Assembly (NCBI GenBank): GCA_005223035.1
Contig: NJBK01000007.1
Location: forward strand, 24,276-88,275
Direction of reading: 5' to 3'
DNA length: 64,000 nt
Origin: Chloroflexi bacterium B3_Chlor
Lineage (GTDB): Bacteria > Chloroflexota > Anaerolineae > UBA7937 > B3-Chlor
In this document: positions 26,857 through 36,657 of the stretch, piece after piece
How positions within the stretch are numbered: the first letter of the stretch is position 1
How the letters are laid out: each line of letters begins with the position of its first letter
Made by a program: the position numbers and the translations under genes
The notes under the pieces: model-generated
Databases searched by the model: none
Seen by the model: the letters and a program-made list of their open reading frames with translations, nothing else
What the model was told of the DNA's origin: nothing

Positions 26857-27999
26857 GTGATAGCAAGAACACAGAGAAGGACAGCCCCGACCGTCTTCTG
26901 GGTCGTGGCAGGCGTCGTTGGTGCGCTTGGTCTGGGGGTGAGCATCTGGCGTCTTGCGCAAGGACTGGGCGCCACGACTAACCTTAGTGATGCCTATCCG
27001 TGGGGGCTGTGGATAGTCTTCGACATCTTCTTGATCCCCTTTTCTGCCGGGGCTTTCACCATGGCAGCGATCGCCAACATCATGAACAAGGACGAGTACC
27101 ACGCCATTGCTCGCCCGGTGATTCTTGCCGGGTTTCTGGGATACGCAGGTGTGGTGGCCATCCTACTGCTGGACTTGGCGCGCTGGCATCAGTTCTACAA
27201 GATCCTCTGGCCTGGCTTCTGGAACCTTCAGTCCTTCATGCTCGAGGTAACGCTCTGTATCACGCTCTACACCATAGTCCTTTTACTGGAGTTGAGTCCT
27301 CTGCTCTGGGAGAGGTTCCGCATGGCGAGCGTGCAGCGCGGCTTCCGGTTGGCAGGGGCGTGGATCGCTGGTGCGGGCATCGTCCTCTCCTGCCTGCACC
27401 AGGCTTCCCTTGGCTCCCTGTTTCTCCTGATGCGCGAGTCTCTTCAGGGGCTGTGGTGGTCGCCGATGCTCCCCTTGTTCTTCCTGCTGTCGGCGGTGTT
27501 CAGCGGCCTGGCAATGATCATATTCGTCACCGTGATCACTGGCAGGGCGTATGGCTATCCTGGAAGCGTCCGCCTGCTGCCAGGGCTGGCTCAAGCAGCG
27601 GCCGTGCTCCTGGCCCTGTACGGCGTGCTCAGGTTGGGCGATTTGGTCATACGCAACCAGGTGGGACTGATGTTTGGGGCAGGCTCGCTGAGTCTCCTTT
27701 TCTGGGGGGAGATCATCATCGGGCTGGTGATACCGCTAGTGCTTTTTGCCCTCAAGAGTACGCGAGAGCGAGGTGCGGGTCTGCTGTGGGGAGCCATATG
27801 TGTCATAGTGGGCTTGGCTCTCAACCGTGCCAGCGTTGGCCTCTTCGCCTTGGAGCGGCCTGCTGGGGCTCAATACTTCCCCTCCTTGATAGAATTCATG
27901 GTGGTGATTGGGGTTCTGGCTATCGCGGCCATTGCGTACGCGGTTGTCACCCAGTACCTGCCGGTCTTTAGCGACAAGGCTGCCAGCACAACGGGGTAG
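26857..27999 (+). CDS. NrfD/PsrC-family integral membrane quinol-interacting subunit
   Basis: 380 aa and polytopic, with NrfD-type motifs (YPWGLWIVFDIF; ..NR..VG......YFPS..E). GTG start with RBS AGGAGG. Confidence 0.85.
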   Translation: MIARTQRRTAPTVFWVVAGVVGALGLGVSIWRLAQGLGATTNLSDAYPWGLWIVFDIFLIPFSAGAFTMAAIANIMNKDEYHAIARPVILAGFLGYAGVVAILLLDLARWHQFYKILWPGFWNLQSFMLEVTLCITLYTIVLLLELSPLLWERFRMASVQRGFRLAGAWIAGAGIVLSCLHQASLGSLFLLMRESLQGLWWSPMLPLFFLLSAVFSGLAMIIFVTVITGRAYGYPGSVRLLPGLAQAAAVLLALYGVLRLGDLVIRNQVGLMFGAGSLSLLFWGEIIIGLVIPLVLFALKSTRERGAGLLWGAICVIVGLALNRASVGLFALERPAGAQYFPSLIEFMVVIGVLAIAAIAYAVVTQYLPVFSDKAASTTG

Positions 28000-28017
28000 T
28001 CGTTCCGTGGCGCGTGG

Positions 28018-28230
28018 TTGATGGTGCAGTACATTCGTGTCGGTCGCATGGTGAATCGTCACGACGTGAGCGTTGTCGGGCAGATGGTGACCACCGGGAG
28101 CTACTTCCCGCACTGCATGGAGTTCACGGTGACCATTGGCCTGGTGGCCACGGGGCTTCTGTCCTACACCCTGATCACCCGCTACTTCCCCGTCTTCGCG
28201 GAGACCATCCCTGTGCAGGGCAGCGACTGA
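28018..28230 (+). CDS. Orphan NrfD C-terminal fragment (about 55 aa homologous to the last helices of the upstream NrfD)
   Basis: RVGRMVNRHDVSVVGQMVTTGSYFPHCMEFTVTIGLVATGLLSYTLITRYFPVF aligns with nrfD IVGLALNRASVGLFALERPAGAQYFPSLIEFMVVIGVLAIAAIAYAVVTQYLPVF. It is in the same reading frame as nrfD, separated by one TAG and 6 codons. No clear RBS. Confidence 0.4.
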   Translation: MMVQYIRVGRMVNRHDVSVVGQMVTTGSYFPHCMEFTVTIGLVATGLLSYTLITRYFPVFAETIPVQGSD

Positions 28231-28774
28231 TCCGTGCCAATCGATGGGGAAGTCTTGAGCCAACTTGAGCAGCGTGATCTGGGAAAGACAGTTATCTGAA
28301 AGGGTCATTGCAGGTCAGGTAGCCACTGAGTCGTTACCGTGACCTTATTCACAGCGTCATCTCACTCATAGTGCCGAATCGGTTGACGCCGGCGCTCAGC
28401 CATCGCACCTGCTCGATCCCGTTTCCACGACAATCCTGGCTGCTTGACCTATCACAAGTGGTAGAAGCACGCTTGAGCGTCCGGTGCTGGCTTTCCTCAA
28501 CACGAGGCTTCGCAATCGTCTGCCGGCTGGATTTGGCAGCCTCTGCCGATCTCCCTTCAATGCGCAATTCCGACCTGGTGCAGGCCCTGTGCCTTATGGA
28601 ACCCCGTAGCCCGGAAAGCATCTCGGCCAGCTTCACCGCCACAATCGCCTTGGCGGCCCTCCCCCGCTGGTCGCCCTCGGCCTTGCCATGGGCATCGTTA
28701 TCGCAGTGCGCCATATCCCCAGCATGAAGTGATGCCATGGCAGGCCAAGGAGCTCGACGAACAGAACCGGAGAT

Positions 28775-29542
28775 CTACACGGTCGACTCAGAGTCAGACG
28801 ACTCCAGGTCCCCCAGTTCGTATAGAATCGCAGCCGCTGCCACCAGTCCTGCAGTCTCCGCTCGCAGGATACGAGGACCGAGAGTGATGGGGATTGCTCC
28901 GTAACGTTGGGCCTGCGTGAGTTCCTGCCGCGTGAAACCGCCCTCAGGCCCGATGAAGAGGTTGATGGAGAAGGGAGGCCGCTCCGCTGCCCTGAGGATG
29001 GAGCGAAGGCTTTGCTCCCGTTCTTCCTCCCAAGGGATCAGGGTCAATCCGCCGCGTGCGGCGTCTTCGCAGGCCGTGGGGAACAACACGGCCGGGCGCA
29101 GCGTGGGCAAGCGACCACGACGCGATTGCTCCGCCGCTTCCATCAGTATGCGGCACCATCGTTCTGTCTTGGTCTTGCTTATGTCCTCCAGGCTACCGAT
29201 GACGCAGCGCTCGGAGATCATGGGTACGAAGCCGACGATGCCCAACTGCGTGCCTTTCTGGAGTACCCACTCGAACTTGTTCAGCTTGAGCACGGCCTGA
29301 TAGAGACTGATCTTGGTACGGGGTTCGGCGGTCGCGAGGAACTTGTGCACGATCCGCCCTTCTATCCGTTGACTGGAGACGTTGGCTATCTCCACCTGGT
29401 GTTCCCAACCGGAGTTGTCTAGCAAGATAATGTGGTCCCGGGATTTGACGCGAAGGACATTTCTCAAGCGGTGCACAAGGGTGCCCGTGATGGTGACTTG
29501 CTCTTTCTCCAGCCAAGAGGCGGGCACGAAGAAACGATGCAT
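28775..29542 (-). CDS. rsmE: 16S rRNA (uracil1498-N3)-methyltransferase
   Basis: MHRFFVP....V.I.G...HRL.NVLRVK..D.I.L.D..G and the C-terminal SPOUT motif GPEGGF...E......G......LG.RILRAETA. I prefer the start at ATG 29542. Confidence 0.85.
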   Translation of the reverse strand: MHRFFVPASWLEKEQVTITGTLVHRLRNVLRVKSRDHIILLDNSGWEHQVEIANVSSQRIEGRIVHKFLATAEPRTKISLYQAVLKLNKFEWVLQKGTQLGIVGFVPMISERCVIGSLEDISKTKTERWCRILMEAAEQSRRGRLPTLRPAVLFPTACEDAARGGLTLIPWEEEREQSLRSILRAAERPPFSINLFIGPEGGFTRQELTQAQRYGAIPITLGPRILRAETAGLVAAAAILYELGDLESSDSESTV

Positions 29543-29550
29543 GATCAGAC

Positions 29551-30504
29551 TTACTCTCCCCTCACTTGGGATCGGATGGCTGGTCTGGACTTGGTCCCAC
29601 ATAACGTCACCCAGTCCTCCTCCTGCTGCCGGGCTGAGATCGCCATCCCAGCTCTGTCGAACGCGGCCCTTACGCTGAGCTCGGCAGACTCGATGATCCC
29701 TCCGGCGATGAGCCAGCCGCCCGGTTTGAGGTAAGACGTCAGGCCCTGTTGGATCATGTCGGCGACCACTTCGGCGAGGATGTTCATCGTGATACCATCC
29801 AGCGAAGGGACTGAGATCTCCCTGAGATCCATCAACGAACCATTTCTTACTTCTACCACATTCGCCAAGTCGTTGAGCGAAACGTTTCTACGGGCTACCT
29901 GGACAGCCGTGGGGTCGTTGTCCAGGGCGAGGACGCTCTCCGCACCCAGCCGGGCAGCAGCGATAGCCAGGATCCCGGAGCCAGTCCCCATGTCGAGCAC
30001 TGAGTCCCCGTGCGTAACACATTGCTCAAGATAAACGAGACACATGCGTGTCGTGGAGTGCAGGCCTGTGCCGAAGGCCATCCCTGGCTCCAGGTCGATC
30101 ACGACGTCATCTCTGGCGGGTGAGAAGTCTTGCTCGGTGAGCTTAATCACAAGCCGTCTTCCAATACGCTGAGGCTGAAAGTGCGATTTCCAGGCGTAGG
30201 CCCAGTCTTGCTCTTCTAGCTCTCTGAACTGGGGAGGTGTCAGATGGTACCGCTTGGCGAGGTCAGAGAGTTCGCTTTCGAGCGCACGACGTTGCGCATC
30301 ACAGGCGTTTGCCACGGGCAGGTAAGTCTTGACTCTGATGGGAGAAGAGGCACCGTTGGGCGCTTGGTGCTCATCGAGGAGAATCTGTTCCTGGACGGCG
30401 CCGCCTTGGCCATGGAGATCAAAGAGTGCGCAGACTGCCTCGGCCGTTTCTCTATCATCAACCCGAACGCTTATCTCCAGCCAGTTCAATCTTGAGGCCC
30501 TCAC
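29551..30504 (-). CDS. prmA: Ribosomal protein L11 methyltransferase
   Basis: ..WLEISV......E.V...F.......V and FGTG.H.TT..CL..L, VLD.GTGSGILAIAAA.LGA. GTG start. Confidence 0.9.
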   Translation of the reverse strand: MRASRLNWLEISVRVDDRETAEAVCALFDLHGQGGAVQEQILLDEHQAPNGASSPIRVKTYLPVANACDAQRRALESELSDLAKRYHLTPPQFRELEEQDWAYAWKSHFQPQRIGRRLVIKLTEQDFSPARDDVVIDLEPGMAFGTGLHSTTRMCLVYLEQCVTHGDSVLDMGTGSGILAIAAARLGAESVLALDNDPTAVQVARRNVSLNDLANVVEVRNGSLMDLREISVPSLDGITMNILAEVVADMIQQGLTSYLKPGGWLIAGGIIESAELSVRAAFDRAGMAISARQQEEDWVTLCGTKSRPAIRSQVRGE

Positions 30505-30695
30505 AGGTTGGCTCGCGCGGGCGCAGGTTTGTCTCCTCGTTAGCCCGATCTCCTCGAAGACACAGCTTGGGACTCAGCGGCATACCGCGCCGTTCAGCGG
30601 TCATTCGAAGCTACCTTGCGAAAAGAGGAAGGCTCGTCCTTGAAATCGCTGGACGCGATGACGGAATCATGGGGCTGGACACAAGATGATCTCTC

Positions 30696-31808
30696 CTACC
30701 TCAAGACATCCTTGAGGCGGTCAAAGAACCCCTTCTCGCCCTGGGGGATGACCTCCTTACCCAAGGTCTTGCCCAGTTCCTCGAATAGCTGGCGCTGCTC
30801 GGGCGTGAGTTTCTTTGGCGTTACGACGTACACTGTGACCAGTTGGTCTCCTCGCCCTTCACCTCTCAAGTAGGGTATACCCTTCTTGCGCAGGCGGAAG
30901 GTTTCGCCGGTTTGGGTGCCCGCAGGTATGACCAGCTCGTCTGTACCGTCCAGAGTGGGAACCTCTATCTCATCTCCCAGAGAGGCCTGAGCCACGTTGA
31001 TGGGCAGTTCCAGGAAGACATCGCCGTTGTGCCTCTTGAAGTAAGGGTGTTTCCGCACGGAAATGACCACGTACAGGTTGCCAGGCATGCCTCCCCTCAG
31101 GCCGGCCTGACCCTCGTCGGACAAACGGATCTGAGTGCCGCCGTCCACTCCGGGAGGCACCTCGATGGAGAGCCGCTTGGAGACCCGCACCTGCTTCTGG
31201 CCACGGCATTCGCTGCAGGGAGTACTTACCACCTCCCCTTCTCCGCCGCACCGCCCACAAGTGCTCACATTGACGAATGACCCGAAGACTGACTGCCGGA
31301 CGCGACGCACCTCTCCTGTTCCATTGCATTGAGGACAGCGAATCGGCTCAGTGCCCGGGTCGGCACCAGTGCCACGACAGACTGGACAGGTGTCTAACTT
31401 AGTAACCTCTATCTCTTTGTCACTACCGAAGGCTGCTTCCTCAAAGGTGAGGGTCAGGTCATACCTAAGGTCGGCACCTTTTTGGGGGGCTCGTCTGGCA
31501 GCGGTGCGCATCCCGCCGAATCCAAACAGGTCGTCGAAGATGTCGCCAAAGCCGAACCCTCCGAAGTCGGTGGTGAAGCCTCCTCCGGCGCCGACGTGGC
31601 CCCAACGATCGTATTCTGCCCGCTTTCTGCGGTCGCCTAGTGCCTCGTATGCCTCGTTGATCTCTTTGAATCGTTCTTCGGCGTCGGGAGACTTGTTGAG
31701 GTCAGGATGATACTCACGGGCCAACCGGTGGTAGGCCCGCTTGATCTCGGCGTCGCTGCTTGAGCGGCTGGCGCCGAGGACGGCGTAGTAGTCTCTCTTT
31801 CCTGTCAT
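30696..31808 (-). CDS. dnaJ: Chaperone DnaJ (class I, with zinc-finger domain)
   Basis: J domain with HPD, a G/F region and four CxxCxGxG motifs (CPVCRGTG, CPQCNGTG, CGRCGGEG, CSECRGQK). Confidence 0.95.
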   Translation of the reverse strand: MTGKRDYYAVLGASRSSSDAEIKRAYHRLAREYHPDLNKSPDAEERFKEINEAYEALGDRRKRAEYDRWGHVGAGGGFTTDFGGFGFGDIFDDLFGFGGMRTAARRAPQKGADLRYDLTLTFEEAAFGSDKEIEVTKLDTCPVCRGTGADPGTEPIRCPQCNGTGEVRRVRQSVFGSFVNVSTCGRCGGEGEVVSTPCSECRGQKQVRVSKRLSIEVPPGVDGGTQIRLSDEGQAGLRGGMPGNLYVVISVRKHPYFKRHNGDVFLELPINVAQASLGDEIEVPTLDGTDELVIPAGTQTGETFRLRKKGIPYLRGEGRGDQLVTVYVVTPKKLTPEQRQLFEELGKTLGKEVIPQGEKGFFDRLKDVLR

Positions 31809-31921
31809 GAACGATGAACCTGCTGGCTATCTGGCTCAGACAGCACAGTCTATTTGATAGCGACGAAAAAGGCAAGACAAGGGGCAGGGCAGCAAGCGCC
31901 CTACCCCCTCAAACTGTCGCG

Positions 31922-33823
31922 TTAGACCTCCCGGAACTCACCCTCGACAGTGCCCTCGTCCTCCTGCTCCGAGGGTCCAGCCTCCTCACCCGGGGGAGGA
32001 GGCGCGGCACCAGGCTGCTCATACATGGCGGCCCCTATCCTTTGCATCGACTCTGTCAATTCTTGCGTCTTGCGTCGGATCAAGTCCACGTCCTGACCTT
32101 TGAGTGCCTCGCGGACCGCGGCAGCCTTGGCTTCCACCTCGCTGCGCACATCGGCAGGTACCTTGTCGCCCAAGTCACGTAGTGTCTTGTCTGCCGAGTA
32201 GGCAGCCTGATCGGCGTGGTTGCGAGCTTCGATCTCCTCTTGCCGCCTGCGGTCCTCGGCCTCGTGCGTCTTGGCCTCGTCCATCATGCGCTTGATCTCT
32301 TCCTCGGTCAAGCCGCTGGAGGCGGTAATCGTGATGTGCTGCTCGCGTCCAGTGGCCTTGTCCTGGGCAGAGACCTCCAGGATGCCGTTGGAGTCCAGGT
32401 CAAAAGACACCTCTATCTGCGGAAGCCCCCTTGGGGCTGGCGGTATTCCGTCCAAGATGAACCGCCCCAGGGTCTTGTTGTCAGCCGCCATGGGCCGCTC
32501 TCCCTGCATGACGTGCACTTCCACACTAGTCTGTCCATCGGCGGCGGTGGAGAAGATCTGCGAACTGTGGTACGGAATGGTGGTGTTGCGAGGCACCAAC
32601 GGGGTTCCCACCCCACCCAGGGTCTCGATGCCCAACGTCAGAGGAGTGACATCGAGGAGTAGCACGTCCTTGACCTCACCGCCCAGCACCCCGGCCTGTA
32701 TGGCAGCGCCGAGCGCCACCACCTCATCGGGGTTGACGCCTTTGTGCGGGTCTGTGCCGAAGAACTTCTTGATCGCCTCCTGCACGGCAGGCATTCGCGT
32801 CTGGCCGCCAACGAGGATAACCTCGTCAATATCGGCCGTCGTCAGCTTGGCGTCCTCCAAAGCTTGTCGACAGGGAGGAATCGTCTGCTCGATAAGATCG
32901 CCCACCAATTGCTCCACCTTGGCCCTCGTGAGGGTCATCGTCAGATGCTTTGGACCGCTGGCGTCGGCGGTGATGAACGGCAGGTTGATCTCCGCCTGCA
33001 TCACCGTGGACAGCTCTACCTTGGCCTTCTCGGCAGCCTCCTTCAGGCGCTGGAGGGCCATGCGATCTTCGCGCAGGTTGATACCTTGCTCCTTCTTGAA
33101 CTCCTCGGCCACCCAGTCAATGAGGCGCTGGTCGAAGTCATCGCCGCCCAGGTGGGTGTCGCCGTTGGTGGACAGCACCTCGAACACTGGGGGATCTCCC
33201 GCCTCTATCTCCAGAATGGAGATGTCAAAGGTACCTCCGCCCAGGTCATAGACGGCGATCTTCTCATCCTTCCCCTTGGCCAGACCATAGGCCAGAGAGG
33301 AAGCCGTGGGCTCATTGATGATGCGCAGCACCTCCAGCCCCGCTATCCGACCAGCGTCCTTTGTGGCCTGGCGCTGCGAATCGTTGAAGTACGCGGGCAC
33401 GGTTATTACCGCCTGAGTGACGGTTTCCCCTAGATAGGCCTCCGCGTCCGCCTTGAGTTTCTGCAGAATGAAGGCCGATATCTCAGGAGGAGAGTACTCC
33501 TTGCCGCCCATGACCACCTTCGCGTCTCCATTAGGGGCCTCGGTGATCTTGTACGGGAGCAGTTCGATGTCACGCTGCACCGTGGAATCACTGTACTTGC
33601 GCCCCATGAGACGCTTGATGGAGAATATCGTGTTATCGGGGTTGGTGATGGACTGTCGCTTGGCCACCGTACCCACCATCCGCTCTCCTGTCTTGGAAAC
33701 CGCCACCACCGAAGGAGTCAATCGGCCACCCTCCGAGCTGGGGATGATCGTCGGCTCTCCTGCCTCAATGACTGCCACTCCAGAGTTAGTGGTTCCTAGG
33801 TCAATTCCAATAATCTTACCCAT
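31922..33823 (-). CDS. dnaK: Chaperone DnaK (Hsp70)
   Basis: [14 protein letters not shown]...DLGGGTFD...[11 protein letters not shown]. 633 aa. Confidence 0.97.
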   Translation of the reverse strand: MGKIIGIDLGTTNSGVAVIEAGEPTIIPSSEGGRLTPSVVAVSKTGERMVGTVAKRQSITNPDNTIFSIKRLMGRKYSDSTVQRDIELLPYKITEAPNGDAKVVMGGKEYSPPEISAFILQKLKADAEAYLGETVTQAVITVPAYFNDSQRQATKDAGRIAGLEVLRIINEPTASSLAYGLAKGKDEKIAVYDLGGGTFDISILEIEAGDPPVFEVLSTNGDTHLGGDDFDQRLIDWVAEEFKKEQGINLREDRMALQRLKEAAEKAKVELSTVMQAEINLPFITADASGPKHLTMTLTRAKVEQLVGDLIEQTIPPCRQALEDAKLTTADIDEVILVGGQTRMPAVQEAIKKFFGTDPHKGVNPDEVVALGAAIQAGVLGGEVKDVLLLDVTPLTLGIETLGGVGTPLVPRNTTIPYHSSQIFSTAADGQTSVEVHVMQGERPMAADNKTLGRFILDGIPPAPRGLPQIEVSFDLDSNGILEVSAQDKATGREQHITITASSGLTEEEIKRMMDEAKTHEAEDRRRQEEIEARNHADQAAYSADKTLRDLGDKVPADVRSEVEAKAAAVREALKGQDVDLIRRKTQELTESMQRIGAAMYEQPGAAPPPPGEEAGPSEQEDEGTVEGEFREV

Positions 33824-33846
33824 GTTCTCAATTGTCCCCCTTTTGA

Positions 33847-34425
33847 TTACTCAGTCTGTTCCTTACTTTCATCAGTAGGTCTGGCTGCCACCCTTACCAT
33901 TGAGGGACGCAGCACTGTGTCATGCAGTGTGTATCCTTTCTGCAACTCGCTAATAATCTCGTCCTCTTCGTATTCCGTGGTCTCCTCACGGACCGCGGCA
34001 TGATGTAGTTCTGGGGCGAACTTCTTTCCCACTGTTTCGATCTCAGCTAGTCCTTCCTGCTCCAGTGTCATGCGCAGCCTGCGCTCTAACAGGAAAATGC
34101 CTTCGACCCACGTTAGGCCCTGCAAGTCGTCCGGCACGGTCTGCAAAGCCCGTTCGCAATCATCAAGGACGGGCAGCAGCTTGGCGATCAGTGCCGCATT
34201 GGCGAGGGTCACGAAATCCTCTCGCTCCCGCTCAATGCGCTTCTTGTAATTGGCAAACTCCGCCTGGGAGCGCTGCAACTGCTCTAGATATTCGGCAGCT
34301 TCAGCACTCGCCTTCGCCAATTCGTCTAGTTCCTCCTCGAGTTTCTCCTCGACACCTTTCTGTTCCACTTTCTCTTCCAATTGCTTTGTTACCTCCCCAG
34401 CGCTGTGTGGTCGACGGCTAGCCAC
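33847..34425 (-). CDS. grpE: Nucleotide exchange factor GrpE
   Basis: Coiled-coil N-terminus, then ..FANYKKR.ERE.......A....LLPVLD..ERAL and a C-terminal beta domain. The GTG start overlaps the hrcA stop. Confidence 0.9.
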   Translation of the reverse strand: MASRRPHSAGEVTKQLEEKVEQKGVEEKLEEELDELAKASAEAAEYLEQLQRSQAEFANYKKRIEREREDFVTLANAALIAKLLPVLDDCERALQTVPDDLQGLTWVEGIFLLERRLRMTLEQEGLAEIETVGKKFAPELHHAAVREETTEYEEDEIISELQKGYTLHDTVLRPSMVRVAARPTDESKEQTE

Positions 34426-35450
34426 TAAGTGTACCGGCCTTCCACAAGTCCGCTCATCAGGTGGGCCATGTAGCCTACCATCGGCACATTCTTGCTATAG
34501 GGCATACGGATTGGCCCCATGACCCCCAACACGCCGGTGGTCTGCCAGGCTGCCCCGTAGCGGGCGAGAACGAGGCTGAAATCGCTCATCTGCGGCCAGC
34601 GGTCCTCGCCTCCGATGATTACCTGAACTCCGGTGTGAGACAGGCCTACCTCAGCCAAGACGGATTCAAGATGGCCTGGTTCCTCGAGAACGCCCAGCAC
34701 CTTTTTCACCCTCTCTGTCTTGGCGAACTCCGGCTGTCTCAAGATGTGGGCGAAACCGTACCGATGCAACTCAAGGTCATGCCGCAGGTCGGCATCGTCC
34801 ATCAGCTCTGCCACGTGTTCGCCCACGGCTTCCTGGGCAGGCTTCAACTGTGAGGACTTGGTTCGAACCTCCTCACTGCTCAGATCCAGTAGGAGAGAGT
34901 TCAGTTCATCGGTTAGACGCTGTAGCGCCCTTGGAATGCGGCTGGCCTCCAGGCTTACGATTCGCCGCCTCATCGTTCCTTCCTGCAGCACTAGCGACAG
35001 AAGCACGTTCCCTTCGCTCACACGAACCAGTTCCAGGCGCTTGAAGCGCGAACGATGGGTTCTGGGTGCTGTGACCAGAGACGCCGTGCCTGCCTTGCTG
35101 GTCAGGATGGCCCCTGTCAGCCTTATCCATTGCTCTATATCCCTGTCCACCTGATGGAACTGATGCTCGATCATGCGTCGCTCGCTCAATGGCAAACCTG
35201 CTTCCTGCATCAGGTGCTCTACAAAGTACCGGTATCCCATCGCCGTCGGAATGCGACCCGCGGAGGTATGGGGATGGGTAAGATAGCCCAGTCCTTCCAG
35301 ATAGGCCATCTCTCCACGGACAGTGGCCGAGCTGACTCCGAGATCACTCCCCTCCACGGTCCTCTTCGAGCTGACTGGGGTGGCCGCATCTACGTATTCC
35401 CGAACTATGAAGTCCAGGATCGCCTCCTGTCTTTCGGTTAATCGCTCCAT
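34425..35450 (-). CDS. hrcA: Heat-inducible transcription repressor HrcA
   Basis: LTERQEAILDFIVREYVDAATPVSS..........VSSATVR.EMA.LE..GYL..PHTSAGR.PT. It is the first gene of a hrcA-grpE-dnaK-dnaJ-prmA-rsmE string. Confidence 0.92.
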   Translation of the reverse strand: MERLTERQEAILDFIVREYVDAATPVSSKRTVEGSDLGVSSATVRGEMAYLEGLGYLTHPHTSAGRIPTAMGYRYFVEHLMQEAGLPLSERRMIEHQFHQVDRDIEQWIRLTGAILTSKAGTASLVTAPRTHRSRFKRLELVRVSEGNVLLSLVLQEGTMRRRIVSLEASRIPRALQRLTDELNSLLLDLSSEEVRTKSSQLKPAQEAVGEHVAELMDDADLRHDLELHRYGFAHILRQPEFAKTERVKKVLGVLEEPGHLESVLAEVGLSHTGVQVIIGGEDRWPQMSDFSLVLARYGAAWQTTGVLGVMGPIRMPYSKNVPMVGYMAHLMSGLVEGRYT

Positions 35451-35493
35451 TCGTGCAGCTCCCGGAAGGGCTCAATCGTCCCCATGCACGGAA

Positions 35494-35520
35494 TTAGCAC
35501 TCTAACATGGAGAGTGCTAA
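35494..35520. promoter_or_regulatory. CIRCE operator (TTAGCACTC-N9-GAGTGCTAA), perfect consensus
   Basis: ttagcactc taacatgga gagtgctaa. It lies 44 nt upstream of the hrcA start and immediately downstream of the -10. Confidence 0.95.
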
Positions 35521-35530
35521 TTCTACCATA

Positions 35531-35559
35531 ATGATACCAGAAAATCGGTATTCTGTCAA
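35531..35559 (-). promoter_or_regulatory. Sigma70-type promoter of the dnaK operon (TTGACA-N17-TATCAT)
   Basis: On the minus strand TTGACA is + 35559-35554, followed by a 17-nt spacer and TATCAT at + 35536-35531. CIRCE follows 10 nt later. Confidence 0.7.
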
Positions 35560-35755
35560 ATACTGGTAAGGGGAGTGGTCAGCGCACGTGCAGGGAAGCA
35601 GGAGGCGGAGCTACCATTGTGGAGCCAGTCACGGAGTTTCCGTGTCTTCACAGGCACCGTGGGTGCGCAGTGACCACCGACACCAGGGAAGGTCTTGGAG
35701 CCCGTCTGGGTTTGGAGGATACTGATCCACAGGGGCAGCGTTGGCGCGCGGGCTG

Positions 35756-36502
35756 CTATCGCGCGGGGGAGTACACCCCCGTGAGTTCTGCCTGGGCCAA
35801 GATACGTCCTTCCATGGCTTCCAAGACCTGGGCCATGGTTGCCTCCGCCGGGAGGTCGAGGACTGTATCAAGGGCGTAGAGGGCGAAAATGTAGCCATGT
35901 GGGTTGCCCGGGCAGGGACCGTCATAGCCCATTCGGTTGATGAGCGCCCCACCTGGGAAGGTCTCCCCTTCTCCGACGAAGAGCGCGAAGTCGTTCGTTC
36001 CCTGAAGGGTGCCATCAGGTAAGCTGCCTTCTGCCGGCACGCCCTCGGGCAAGCCCTCACTGGTCGAAGGGATGTTGTAGACGACCCAGTGCACGAAGCC
36101 CGGCGGTTCAGAATCGGGATCGTCCAGGAGCAGAGCCATGCTTTGTGTCCCTTCAGGTACTCCTGACCACTCGAGCGGAGGTGACAGGTTTGCCCCATCG
36201 CAAGTGTATTGTAAGGGGATCTCTCCACCAGGCTCGAAGGCGCCACTGGAAATCTCCATCGGAGGCGCCGGCGTAGGCGATGCCGCCTCCTCTGCGGGCG
36301 TGACTCGGGTTGCCGTGGGTGGCACAGCTGTCGGCGTAGGCGATGCCGCTTCCTCCGCAGGCGTTACTGGGGTCGTCGAGGGCGGCACGGTTGTCGGTGT
36401 TGGTCCTTCGGGGGCTGCAGTGGGAGATGCGCCTGGGCCGCAGCCTGCTACAGCCAGGGTGACGAGAGCCACCGCAATAGGGAGCAAGACGGATCTTCTC
36501 AT
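35756..36502 (-). CDS. YbhB/YbcL (PEBP/Raf-kinase-inhibitor-like) family lipoprotein
   Basis: Lipobox MRRSVLLPIAVALVTLAVAGC, a Pro/Thr-rich linker, and a PEBP core (..IPLQYTCDG.N.SPPLEW.GVP....S.AL...DPD......FVHWV.YNIP....GYDGPCP....H.Y.F.LYALD). ATG 36502 with RBS GAGGAG. Confidence 0.85.
   Translation of the reverse strand: MRRSVLLPIAVALVTLAVAGCGPGASPTAAPEGPTPTTVPPSTTPVTPAEEAASPTPTAVPPTATRVTPAEEAASPTPAPPMEISSGAFEPGGEIPLQYTCDGANLSPPLEWSGVPEGTQSMALLLDDPDSEPPGFVHWVVYNIPSTSEGLPEGVPAEGSLPDGTLQGTNDFALFVGEGETFPGGALINRMGYDGPCPGNPHGYIFALYALDTVLDLPAEATMAQVLEAMEGRILAQAELTGVYSPAR
36270..36373. repeat. Tandem 63-bp duplication inside the PEBP linker (VTPAEEAASPTP x2)
   Basis: The 41-nt cores at 36270-36310 and 36333-36373 differ at 4 positions. 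Confidence 0.8.
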
Positions 36503-36657
36503 TTCTTGCTCCTCTAAGTACAATATGGTTTTGCCTCACGTGTCCGTAACCTTCACAGTCATGTGGGACGCAGTCTGGTCGGGAATGCCATCCTCAAGAG
36601 GCTCCGGTCCCTCTGACAGCCTCTCAAGCAGTTTGCATGACCAGGTCTTACCACGAC

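Noticed and set aside
27000-27971. 323-aa alternative-frame ORF overlapping nrfD on the same strand
   Set aside because: Its translation is Arg/Gly/Pro-rich and non-membrane-like. The annotated frame gives a coherent polytopic NrfD pattern with an RBS.
27997-27999. In-frame TAG (nrfD) and in-frame TGA (47306-47308) as possible pyrrolysine/selenocysteine recoding or an altered genetic code
   Set aside because: TGA, TAG and TAA all terminate well-conserved genes at the expected positions in this window (for example clpC TGA, clpB TAG, lon TAA). No SECIS-like hairpin is obvious after 47306. An in-frame arrangement has a 1-in-3 chance by itself. Nonsense mutation or split gene is more parsimonious.
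28440-28520. GAGGAAAG on the minus strand, reminiscent of the RNase P RNA P4 sequence GAGGAAAGUCCGG
   Set aside because: The following bases are CCAGCACC rather than UCCGGGC. The other universally conserved RNase P RNA blocks (GGUAAGAGCGCACC, ACAGAACCCGGCUUA on the same strand) are absent.
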